Shown here in pieces: positions 38,092-49,662 of a stretch of 64,000 bases of DNA. Each line of letters begins with the position of its first letter. Within the stretch, counting starts at the first letter, position 1. The DNA is taken from assembly GCA_040954595.2 (NCBI GenBank), contig CM082583.2, forward strand, positions 7,128,849-7,192,848, given 5' to 3'. The DNA comes from Balanoglossus misakiensis (lineage: Eukaryota > Animalia > Hemichordata). The notes under the pieces are model-generated. The model saw only the letters and a list, made by a program, of their open reading frames with translations. It ran no database searches and was not told the DNA's origin. The position numbers were made by a program, and so were the translations under genes.

Positions 38092-41000
38092 AAACTCTCC
38101 ACTTTTACAAGAAATTCAATTAATATCCTTTCATAATGTGAGATAGAGGCGCGAATGTTCACTTGCTATGGCAGCATTGGCCATGGCTTTGCTTGGGAAA
38201 TTGATATCACAAAAAGTGTGGAAATCGCGAGATAATATGAATAGAAAGTGTTTTCAGTGGTTCTAAGGAGGCAGTTTAAAATAGCAAACGCCAGTTAATT
38301 TTTGGTTTGAGAGAAATCTGTTTGGAAAAAAAAGAACGCCTTTTCACCAGGATCCGAAAAGTCCAAACTGAATACGGAGAGCGGCTCTGCGTTCATTTCC
38401 TACGTCGCCACTTCCTGAATGACGGGGGCACTCCTCTCGCTTGAGCATATGCCATTGTTTGCAAACCTTTTTGCGCGCTTTAAATCACTTCAGTTTTCAA
38501 AAAATGACTTCCTTGATTTAATTTTGACTTTTTTGTGAATGCGGGCTGTGTATAAAAGGTTATTGATGGAAACCACTCTCACGGCTCGCCAGTGTCAACG
38601 GTGAATTGACGGGGAAAATATCTAATACAACCGGTCTTCTCGAGCCGTTTTCACGTTCGCACACACACACAAAATATATATGAAAAGGCGATCACCGTTT
38701 AAGGACAGACTGAAATATCTGTTGCAGTTTAGTGTATTGCCTTGACTAACGACTTCGGCAATTTAGGCGGGAAAGTTGGTATGCCGTGCGGTGACGAAAC
38801 GAAGTGGGGGAAATTTCAGTGGAATCCCTATGGGAGCGTCTGGTTCACACTTGTAGACCTCATATACACCGTATCTCATCACAAAACATATATACCAGTG
38901 TTTGATGCCAAGCTACCTCTGTTTGTTCGTGATTTCTTTACAGCCACAAAAGTTTGCTGGCATAAACCGTAAATAAATTTGATTTTTATCCAGTTGAGAA
39001 TCTCAGGCAAAACGAAGCCGCCGGGAAGGAGGTCATTTGACGAGTCGTGTTGTGGTTGCGTTCGTCACACCATCACTCAAGTCAATTTTTGTGCAATTCA
39101 GTTTTGTCTTAAGGAAGCACAGTTCGTTTACTACAGGGTGTTATTTTGTCCCACCATTCGCCAAAGTCACAAAGGGATGAGTGAGCAGAAAAGTGGCTTT
39201 CTGTCAAAAGACTATTAATTCTGCGTTTTGAACACTGGTCAACGAATCGCGCTTTCGCCGTCTCCGGTGATGCGCGCAGGTTCACGGGAGGAGCCCGGGG
39301 CGCCACACGCGCGCGCGCACGACGAGGAAAAATTTGACAGGGATATCGATGTCCGGCGATACGGGCAGTGGGCCGGCGGCGGGAGTAACGAATTTGGAAT
39401 GGTGAAATGAATAAGTGTGACGTAGGTTGTCGATTTTAGGATTCATAACCCTAGGGGCTATGCGTCACTCTTTACGACAATAACAGGGAACTTTCCTGAA
39501 CCCACAAATGGATCGTGCATGGCTTTAGCCAGTGGCTACAAGTCACAGACACGACCGGCTCCGATATGGCCCTTCCAGAATGTAACATATTACAGAGAAT
39601 TGCAAACGTTAAGATTTGGCTGAAATAAATGAAAGTGTTGGAATCGTAAATTGCATCTTTGAAATCTACAAGGGGCAAGTACACATGGACAATGAATATT
39701 AAAAGAAACAATTGCGAGGAATTAATCACTTAAATGGTGATCACAATTGTAAAGTAGAACTCCGTAAAATCCCGGGGAATTTTACTTACAGTACTCAATA
39801 ACATAAAAGTAAAAATAATATCCTTAAGTTATAAAATCCAGTCATTTAAATTGACTCTTAACATCTCCTTGCTAATAAAAACAATGAAATTTATTCCATG
39901 AAATAATTTCGAAAAAAATAAAAAAAATTCAAAACTCACCTCTCAATAATCTAAGTTCAGAGCAACAGTGCGTCACGAATTCGGCGAAGTGACATAAATC
40001 CTCAACTTCCACAGTCGTAATAATGAGAATGTTTTGTGGTAAAAAGGGAAAACGACGAGGAATAACTGTAATCGGGGCGTTCGGCTTCACCGCTATTTCG
40101 TAAATCTGTCTATAATTACAATCCTGGGCGTCGACCGAGGAAGATCTTTATGTCCCCGAAAAATGATAATTATGAGCGAATATTCTGTATTCGACAACAG
40201 GTCTTTATCTCATCTCCGCCGACTGCAAACATGGCCGCCATATTTTCAACTCTCTTCGCCGTCACCCACGGCTACAGTCCGTTGGATATTTTGGTGGTCC
40301 TTTATTTTCCTTCCGCGGTGATCGCTCGCTCCGTCCCTCGGCGACTAAATCGCGTTTTTTCCGCTTTCTGCGACTTTTATCTCCGAGCAAGTGTGAAGGA
40401 TCGCTGTTTCCAATTGTTATAAATGCATGTACTCGGGGCATATTTGTGCGTAATCTCGTTACCCAATGTGACGTTTTATTTAACTATATATTCCAATATT
40501 AAGCTTAATATGATTGTGTATGAGCCCGGCTCGGAGGTAGTCGCTGGCGTGATCTTCGGTTATAGTACTGATTGTCCGTTCATTGATGTACAGGTTAGCA
40601 GTAAATTTGATGCTAACCAACGTCGTTGTCTCTATGCCATTTGTGCCACGCCAATTATATTAGGCGTCTATTAAGCCAATGCAGGCAAAATGAACTGTTT
40701 TATTATATTTATTACATTAATACTACTACAAGTTGAAATATCAACCGAGCGCCGGGAATGATAATCGTTTTAAATGAATCAGTTTATCTTTATAAATAAA
40801 CGACAGTCAAACAGTGGGGCAATTCTCTGTATTTGTTGTGTGGGGGAGAGAAAACGCAGAAAGCAGGCGACCTCTACAACGAAATTTCAAAGGAATCCCA
40901 TCTCGGCGTACGTGTTTGCACTACACTGCGTATAATGATGTTGAAATTTCTGTTTGGAAACAAAAAGTGTCCCTGGTTAATTGAAAGTGATCGTAATCCT

Positions 41001-42333
41001 TAATTCATTTCAGAATACATCCAGCGAGTTAAATTATAGTTTTATTGCGCCCATTGATGTTGAAATCGATGAGAAGAGGCCTCATACGGCGAACTGGGAT
41101 CCCGCTTCATTGTCTCGGCGCGCATTGTTACGGGGATGGCTATTTCATTTTTTTTCAACAGGGGCTGTTTGAGGTTGATTCCTTTGTGAGCGATGATAGA
41201 GCGGCAGACATCCTCCTCTAGGTAAATATCACCGACCGACAACAACTGCGAGGCGAAATCGCGCTTAAACTTAAACCTTCCACACAATCGCGCTGTCATT
41301 CGCGGGCAAACTTTTTCCGCTCCCGTTGAACCCGGCCACTTTTATGCCAGCATTATACCTTTTTCACGGTTCAGCTATAAAAATAAATTCAATAACACAT
41401 TTATCGCTTACTGAAGTGAAAACCTCTTTCAAACTCACCATAAAATTCCGCCTCTTGGATTCATCATCTCCGTTAATGGCACAGAAGTTGAATAAATGTA
41501 TCTGCAAGTAATGCGGAAAAAAATGATGGATGTTAGAGACATTTGAAAATTTCAATACTCCACATACATCCTCGTCTTCAATATTTATGACGGCGCTGCA
41601 AGTAACGGTTTTCTGTTCCGATTTACCTTTAATAGATTTCGATATTCCTAAATCATATATCAAAACGTTAAAGACAAAGGGCGGGAAATTTACACCTGTC
41701 TGGTGTGAGAAAAGTCGTGATCTTTTTAATGGCGAAGTTCATCAAATTCTAGACAGACGTGTTAATTGAATAAAATATTTTTTTTATCGGAAATTCAAGA
41801 ATTTGAAAAAAAAATACAATGAGACAAAGTGTGATAATTTGATATTGGCTGATAGTGACGCTCGGTCAAATATTAAATAATAATATTTTCCATGGCAACC
41901 AGTTGCGCTTCACATTGACAATCATAACTGATATTTTAAAATATCCTCGGGTAAAAATATTGTGCAGTGTGCAAAAGAAACTTATCTAGTAATATAGTGA
42001 CAGGGGTAAGGTGTTGCATATTTCCGAAGAAACAGCTCAATTTTAATGCAATTTCTTTAGGACATCTTTTGGGGGCGTTTGAGCCAAAAGTACTAGGCGA
42101 CAGTCGCGGTCGAGCCCTCGATTGATGGACTCGCTAAATTTAGACACGGGATTGAAACAGATATAACAAGCAGGTGATTGGAAACGGACAATAGAATCTT
42201 GCAAGCAACTGTAATCCGAGCGTAAACGTCGTGCCGACAAACAACACACATATAAACACCAATTTCGTCGACGAATTATCGTCCATAGAAATTGGCGTTG
42301 TTTCCTGGCGAAACCTACACAATGGCCTGGCGG

Positions 42334-42370
42334 GAGAGATAGAGAGAGAGAGAGAGAGGGGGGGGGGGGG
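42334..42370. repeat. (GA)n followed by G13
   Basis: Directly visible. Confidence 0.85.
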
Positions 42371-45300
42371 AGTTCGTTTGCCAATTGGCTAGCTGCCTCC
42401 CATTCTCAATGCTGTTTCCGTTCATTTTATTGCAAATTTTCGTGCTTCGTTCATTCGTCAACTACGTGTATTGCATGCGCGAAACGATCCCGCCATGTTG
42501 GCGGCAAGGACAACACGTCGTCAGAAAGTCGAAACTCTAATTTTCCAAAACTTTGTTCAAAAAAGTAGCCAAGCGCCCATATGCAGATATGTCTTCCCGT
42601 ATACGATGAAGTCATCTCCCCGTCCTTCCTAACTACTTTTGGACTGACAATCCTCTCAAGAAGAGAAAGGGGCAAAGAATCTGATAAAGGTGAATTTGAC
42701 ATTAAGTCACTGATTGAACAAAATGTCCCTCATCGTCTCCCGTTGAAACACTTGTCTCATGTTCACAGGAAGGGACTTGCTTTTAGGTGATTCCACTAAT
42801 GTACCCGGCCTTTGTGCTTCGTAATTTTTAAATTGCTCTCGGTTCGTCTTCGAAAGGCTTCTCCGCATGACAGGCACAGACCCTAAGTTGTTTTGCTTGT
42901 ACTCTCCAGGAAGTCACAAGCATGCATGGCTTGAAAATCAAACGATTTCTAAGAAGTTAATGAGGGGTTCGAACGGACCAAGTAAAGAACATCCTGGTCC
43001 GCTGATTAGTAGCTACACTACATGTCAACCTAGCGACGATGCGCTGTGCACTCCCCTTTGCAAAGAGGTAATAGAAATGCTTCCGAGCACGTGAAAAAAA
43101 AACCTTTCTTATTCCATTTTTTTTCAGGCTCGGAATAGTACTTTTTCCGTCACAAAATGGTCACCCCTCTAAAAGCTTCGAAATTGATCAGTGAAAGTCG
43201 AGATTAAAAAAAAAGGGATCCACGGTCGGTCGGAAAGCTTGCTTTGTTACCATGGAGACCCGGGAAGCGGTGGCGTGGCAACTTTTTTTTCTCTCGCCTT
43301 CCTGACTTTGACAGCCAGCCCCCGAAACGTCTCAGACTCCGCGCCTTAAATTTTGATATTAACTCGGCGTGGTAGGGTGGTCATTTCGCCGTGGTTTAAT
43401 TAGCGTGTTTGCCCCACAAAAGAGACGCTGGTGAGCTTACCCCGACAAAGCCACTGCTCAGAGGAGAAAAACGATTTGCGTCCCGCTGCTCCGATAAAGC
43501 GTTGGCAACGGTCTCCAAATCAAGCGCCGTCGTCAGTTAATATCAGCGTCGAGCTGGCAACGGAAGACCCCCCTCTATGGGCAGCGGCAAATGAAGTTTG
43601 GATTTAATAAAAACGACGGTTATTTATACCGGTGCAAGCAGAGCGATTGTGCCGTCCATCATTACGACCCACAAACAGTCATCAATCCAATTTAGAAAAA
43701 AATGTTCTCTGCAAACTAAGTGATATCCTAAAACTTGTAATTTATATTTCACCTAGACCGAATTCTCCGTCTGCATTCTCACCTAAATGGCCGATTTTTT
43801 TTTAATTTGCTGATTTTTTTATTTCCCGATACCCATCCCTGTCGAGCGTCATACAAAGGGAAGATGTTGTCTGAATCGTAATTGTTGATTTCATTAAACT
43901 ATGTTCGATGTTTTTTTTTTAATTCTCAGCGTTAAATCTTACAGGTGGTGTACGATAGGACACAGACACGCCGTGGTATCAGGCTAGAAGAAGAAATGTT
44001 TACACCTATTTCTTCTGCAGAATCCGAAATTAACCAAATTGTGGTTGTGTGTATCTTCAAGGACTATAGCTCACACGTCATTTCGTCACGTGATCTCAGC
44101 AGGCGTTTTTTGTCAACACTGATGAAAATCGGTGTGTTTACTCTCGAATAAGCAAGTGAATTGACAAAACTTCTGCCAAAAATTACTAAACGCTAATATA
44201 TGTCATGTCTTGGACTTACCCGCTAAAATGCACGCGTCGTTTCTTTTGAAGACTCTTGACAATGTCCAATCTGACCTTTTCTGTGACTTTTGTTGCATCA
44301 AAGTCTGTAATTACAAGAAACACAACATGCATGATAAAACTGGCCGCAATTTCATTCGGACTGCATTTATAAAACGCACAGCATTGTATATTTTTGTATA
44401 TTTTTTAACGAACCGACGGACGATATCGTTATTATTTCGAACCTTACTAACATAGAGACGTGACAATTATTAGTAGGTAGTTTATCAAGAAAATCAACAA
44501 CTCAATCTTCCACATGTTTAAAGAGCATGCGCAGAGTTGTTGACGGCCATTTTGAATTTCAATATCCGTTAATTTGAGATACCCAACCCTGCAGCAATCT
44601 AACATCAGTGATGACCCATGATTTTCTAAAGAGAGTAAATCACATTTTCACAGGGACATATATGAGGGGAAATCACGTCTGCGACTTGATCAGTCAAATT
44701 TCACTTATATCGATTTAGTCGTCTAACAATTCATAAACAAAATCGGTTCATCCGCCCGTCAATGTGTAATTCATTGAACAAATCAATCGATCGACCAATA
44801 AATCCATCGATCAACCATTCAGCAAGACAATCAAATATTTGACCGATCGAGGGTATCAGTCAAGCAAGCCACCTGTACATTCCCGACCTTCCTTTTTGAC
44901 CTTTTGACCATGATGGTAATTGGAATTTAATGAAGAAAACCCCAAACAAATCAAATCCAAGTGCCGGTTACCAGGTTACTGTAACCGAAAGACAACGCAC
45001 GATGTGAACAACTTCTGACGCAATTGTGTTTTTGACTGAGACGAGTATGGTTTCTGTGGAAGCAACGGCTTGTAGCTAAAGTTTATTCTTGCCATTGTTA
45101 TGGAGCGGTTAGCACACTGTGGGCGGATTCGAAATGTTAGTGTATCTCTTGCTCGTTATGCCAGTGTTGCTTTTGATGGTGCTAATAATCAGGGTTGGCA
45201 AATAAATCAGAGGAGGATTTTGCTGGTTGTTGATGTCGCTGAGAACAGGGTAGCTAGTTTATTGTTAGTGGTCCGGGCACAACTTTGCCGGTAGTTTCTC

Positions 45301-47963
45301 GTCACGTTTGTCGCCGATGTTATGATCTTTGTTGAATCGAATCAATCTCTGACGATTGGCCTACCGATGGCTATAATCTATAATTATGAAATATTTGCGG
45401 GAAATTTACCCATTTATATTTGCAGGAAGGGTTTGAAGTGAGAGTTTTCAGGTGGAAGTGCTATGTCCACATAATCCCATGTTCGACTAATTTCCTGAGA
45501 AATGTTTCAAACTTCAAGAGACACAATATCTCGTTTGGAAAGTACACGTCAACCCTCAGACTGCTATAATTCGTACAAATTTTCAGAATTGGCGTTCAAT
45601 TTTCTGTAGAAAGATATGGTGTGCGCCGCCTGTCGCGCCGATACTTTCCCGCGCTTATTCGGAATTCACAATTTTGCTTCCGTCAGAAATAAGTCTCAAA
45701 ATACGTACACTTTACTGTATTAACCGCCGTCAACAGTTTACTGTTTATTCATTTCTCGTCGTCTGCACTGAAGAAAACAAACCCTGAAATGTGCGTCTTA
45801 TTATGAAATGTACATTTGCTTAATTTGTTCCATTTCAGTCTTACTGCATCATTCTGCCGAGATAGCCACGTGACATATGTTCATTCCGTAATCTTATTTC
45901 CGCTATCGAAATAAAATGACAGCATCGATGCTATCAAAAGCGCGACCAAAATTGAGAAATTAACGCCACCAAAACTAATGAATTTATTTGCGGGACGAAT
46001 TCCCAGAGTTTCCTGTCGCCGCGAAGCGATCCCCGAAAACGAGTTAATAATAACAATCAACGATGCGCCTTTCTTTATTTGTAAATTACATTTCTAATAA
46101 TGTTAATGAACACAACGATAACGACGCGCTCTTGAAAAGCGACATGTCAGTGAGTTTTGCGTGCGTTCTACCAGTCTCCGGCAGTCACGTCTATCTGTGA
46201 TGTCATTTCATATTTGCCAATGGACGAATGGAGAAATAATTTTTCCATCATGAATTATCATGGGTGATATCGGCGCTTGCCCCCTCGCTGCTCGGGTACC
46301 TGTATCCCGTAATTGGATTTTATGCCAATAAAAATTTCTTTCAAATTTTCACACTTTTCTCATTTAGGCTCCATTAAAGCTATCTTCTGCTGACGCGATG
46401 CATTTACTTCTGTGCTTGTTTTCATTTCTTCGGATTTTTCTCCCCATTTCGACTGTCGCTTCCGCGAGACCGGGAAATATATAACCGGGGACCCGAGACG
46501 TTGAAGCTGACTGCACACGGCTATGCCGTTGATACGTGCAACGGGCTGAACGACCGGCATTTTCTCGCATCGCCGCGGCGCTTGAGTATCAAAGCGAAAC
46601 CCTGTAGCATTGCCACCGTCTATTTTTAGTATAAATCCCGTAAATGTCTTGAAATAGGCGGTTACCCGCTCTTCTAGATGCGTTCACTGCGGCTTTCTCT
46701 CCTTATAAACAATAGAGACGGCTAAAAACATCGCCCTTCACGATTTATTAGCATCAATGTCGGACGCTTCACAACACGTTCGCACAACACGAACGAAAGG
46801 TTTGAACACTTGCACACGTAACATTTGACCGATTCGCAAACAACCTTTCCCTTGTCTATTTGCGACATATATTGTTGACAAATGATTCTGCATCAAAGCG
46901 CATACTATTTCAAGTGATTCAAAAAATCACACAAATATCATCCAATTTGAGAAAATGATCTACACTTGCGCTTCAATCAACAACTTCTTTGAGAAATCCC
47001 AACGTATTGGCTAAAGGTATTGGTGAGAAACATCGAGACCAAGCAGAGAAAATTACTGAATTAAAACCTGAGTGATTTAAAATAAAATAACTGTGTGTGA
47101 TATTTTCTAAAAGTCAGTTATAGCATCTCTTCTGCAATGCCTGTCTGTCTGCTTGCCTGCCTGCCTGCCTGTCAATCAATTAATTAATCAATCCACCACA
47201 CCAATACAATAATCTATAATATAGATTATAGATGAATTTTACTTTTATATCAAATCAATACAATTTATCCATAATTTACATTATAGATATTTTGTATTGA
47301 TGCCGTTGATCGATTGGCTATGATACGCGCGTGACCTTTGCCCAATTTTGGCGACTCTTCCATTTTACGTAACAGAGAGACAGTCAAGTAAATTATTCTA
47401 AAAATCTACCCACAAGAATATATCACCTATACACATTTGGACTTTAAAAAGTAACTGGGGGGTTTCGCCTCAATTTTACTTGCGATGCGTGTGTTTAACA
47501 TAGTATTCCTTTTCTGGAAATGCGCGGACCAGACAGACCCAGCAAAGTGACCGGTATAGAGGCGACACTTGGCATTGAGTCAATTTAAGTCAATTCACAG
47601 GGAAAGCGTCGCAGCCACTATGCGGGCACTGTTACCTGTATACTGGTCGAAGTGTTCTATTCCGGTAGCGGTGTTACGTAAAAAAAACATTGTGCGATTG
47701 TTACGCGTGTCGGTCCTAAATTTGGACATCGATTGCTGCATGACAACAGAGGACTGATAATATGAGGGCTAGTCCCCACGTGACTGTGCAACGCAGAGTG
47801 AAACAAAGCCAAGATCTACACACTTCGTGGGAATTGTTAAATTTAAAAAGTAAAAAATAAATGGCTGTTTGAAGGCATAGCTATGACTTTTTTACACTGA
47901 AAAGAACAGTATCTAGCATATTAATATTGTTTAACTGTGGAGCTGTTTTGTTACAAGTAGTGA

Positions 47964-48003
47964 TGTTTCAAACACCCGCCTATTGTTTTAAACACCCGCC
48001 TAT
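47964..48003. repeat. 20-bp tandem duplication TGTTT(C/T)AAACACCCGCCTAT x2
   Basis: Units 47964-47983 and 47984-48003 differ at one position. Confidence 0.9.
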
Positions 48004-48499
48004 AATATTGTTCTAGAGATTTCAAATGCTCGCAGACAGACGCAAGCACTTTCGCGTATAAAGTATTAATAAAGAAATGCATTTGCTACAATAGATTTCG
48101 ATTTTTGAAGTTTGTTGGGCGTTACGAGGCGTGAAAATATTGTTTGAGAAAATCAACTCTGCCTTTATCAACTGTAAGCTTCGGATCTATCTTCGGATCA
48201 GCTTGTTCCCGAATCAAAGTTTATCCAACATGAGTATATGTATACTGTTGTAAACAATCTGTGTGACCCTCCAAACAGTAAAATCGACATCACCTTTGGT
48301 GGATCGTACGAGAAATCGAGAAAGAAAAATAACCATCGATTTTTTCCTGAATGAAATAAATTTACCAGCCCTGTCATCTTTTCTTCTCGCATGATTTATT
48401 GAAAAGAGATGTTTTATTTTTTCAACTGTGGAAGGTGGCATTTGGAAGTGATACCAGATCTGTGTATCTGAACCCTTACTGGAGGCAGAAGTTTCCACT

Positions 48500-48756
48500 G
48501 CCCGCTTAATTAGCACAATTAAATATTAATGAGATTATTGCATAGGGGACTCTGTTTGATTACAAGTTGACATGTATCATTTTTGTCACATTGGGCTTAA
48601 AGGTGGCCTGCGATTGGACGAGGGAAAATTACAACCAATCAACGCGCTCGTTTTATCCGGTTAAAGGATGTCACCTTGCCAGCCAAGGGCGCCGCCTCTT
48701 ACTAATACCAGTAGCCAGTTAACAAGGAAGGGTGCAGTTTGGTGAGCGCAACAGAC
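48500..48756 (+). promoter_or_regulatory. otp: Probable otp proximal promoter and 5'UTR
   Basis: Oppositely oriented CCAAT boxes (ATTGG 48613-48617, CCAAT 48635-48639), TTAATTAG 48506-48513, P3 site TAATGAGATTA 48527-48537, and Inr-like CCAGT motifs at about 48708-48720, all just upstream of the ATG. The TSS cannot be fixed from sequence. Confidence 0.6.
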
Positions 48757-48874
48757 ATGGAAACAGCAACTCTCCACTCCCAGATGCACGTCGCATCGGA
48801 CCCGTTTCTCTCCCACGGCACGGGCCTCAACAATAACAGTATGAACAAACTCAACTCCGCTAGCATGAATCAAG
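48757..48874 (+). CDS. otp: Orthopedia exon 1 (coding part): [39 protein letters not shown](G)
   Basis: ATG in strong context (gacATGG) with an in-frame TAG upstream at 48712-48714. Open for 118 nt up to a canonical donor CAAG|gtaagc at 48875. The phase-1 end (G) joins GC at 49385 to give Gly, in frame with exon 2. Not in the ORF track. Confidence 0.85.
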
Positions 48875-49384
48875 GTAAGCGCGCGAGAAAATAACTCTGT
48901 TTTCTGGCTGGGAAAAAGAGAGAAAGTTTACTTGCGGTGATTTCCACTAAATTAGTACTAATTTAACCTTTGAAATTAATTGGTGATATAAGATGGCTTT
49001 TAAGCAATTACTTTCAATTTTAGAGAACGTCTGTTTATCCGGTATCTCGTTGTCAATTTCATAATTGCTTTAGTGTTTGTTTCTGGTCACCAAATATATT
49101 ATTTTAGAAATTCTGCTCACCCACTGGTGTTTATCCGACAGTTTTTCCTTCAGTATAAGTTATCATTCTCACTGAGGATGATTAAAGTTGATAGTTTGTT
49201 CGAGTGAATGTGAACCGCCTCGGGATATACGTTAATTCACGTAATTCGCTCCCATTCTCCCCCCATTTAGGCAATAAAAAGCGAATGGAAAGCAACAATA
49301 TATGCTACCTAGAGTCTATATTTCTCTCTTCTCCCTCCTCCCGAAGCATTTTCTCACTCATTGTCTCCTTTTTCTTCCGCCCAG
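48875..49384 (+). other. otp: otp intron 1 (510 bp, GT-AG, phase 1)
   Basis: gtaagc ... ttttcttccgcccag; junction preserves the frame. Confidence 0.85.
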
Positions 49385-49662
49385 GCGTCAAGGACGAGCA
49401 CGACAACAATGATAAATTGCAAATGGACACGGACGGCAACGGGCTAATGAAGGACGGTTCCTCCTCGGGCCACGACAACTCCGGACACATGGACGCCGGC
49501 GGCAACGACGACAAGCCCGCCAAGCAGAAGCGGCACCGGACGCGGTTCACGCCGGCCCAGCTCAACGAGCTGGAGAGGAACTTCGCCAAGACTCACTATC
49601 CAGACATCTTCATGAGAGAGGAAATCGCGATGAGGGTTGGACTGACGGAGTCTAGGGTTCAG
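49385..49662 (+). CDS. otp: Orthopedia exon 2: N-terminal linker plus homeodomain residues 1-46 ([46 protein letters not shown], 49525-49662)
   Basis: Polypyrimidine tract and ccag| acceptor ending at 49384; donor CAG|gtgagt at 49663. [13 protein letters not shown]...[14 protein letters not shown] is diagnostic of Otp. The phase-0 intron between homeodomain codons 46 and 47 is the canonical PRD-class intron position. Confidence 0.97.

Noticed and set aside
44540-44640. ggccattttgaatttcaatatc... resembling an interspersed repeat fragment
   Set aside because: Single short degenerate copy with no TIR or target-site duplication in the window. The resemblance rests on recollection only and needs a repeat-library search.
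48668-48745. 25-codon upstream ORF ending 11 nt before the otp ATG
   Set aside because: Its ATG is only about 30 bp downstream of the CCAAT box and probably lies upstream of the TSS. It cannot be supported without 5'-end data.
49204-49384. N-terminal ~60 aa of the listed 157-aa ORF
   Set aside because: Starts at GTG and runs through intron 1 and its polypyrimidine tract. The real exon begins at 49385.
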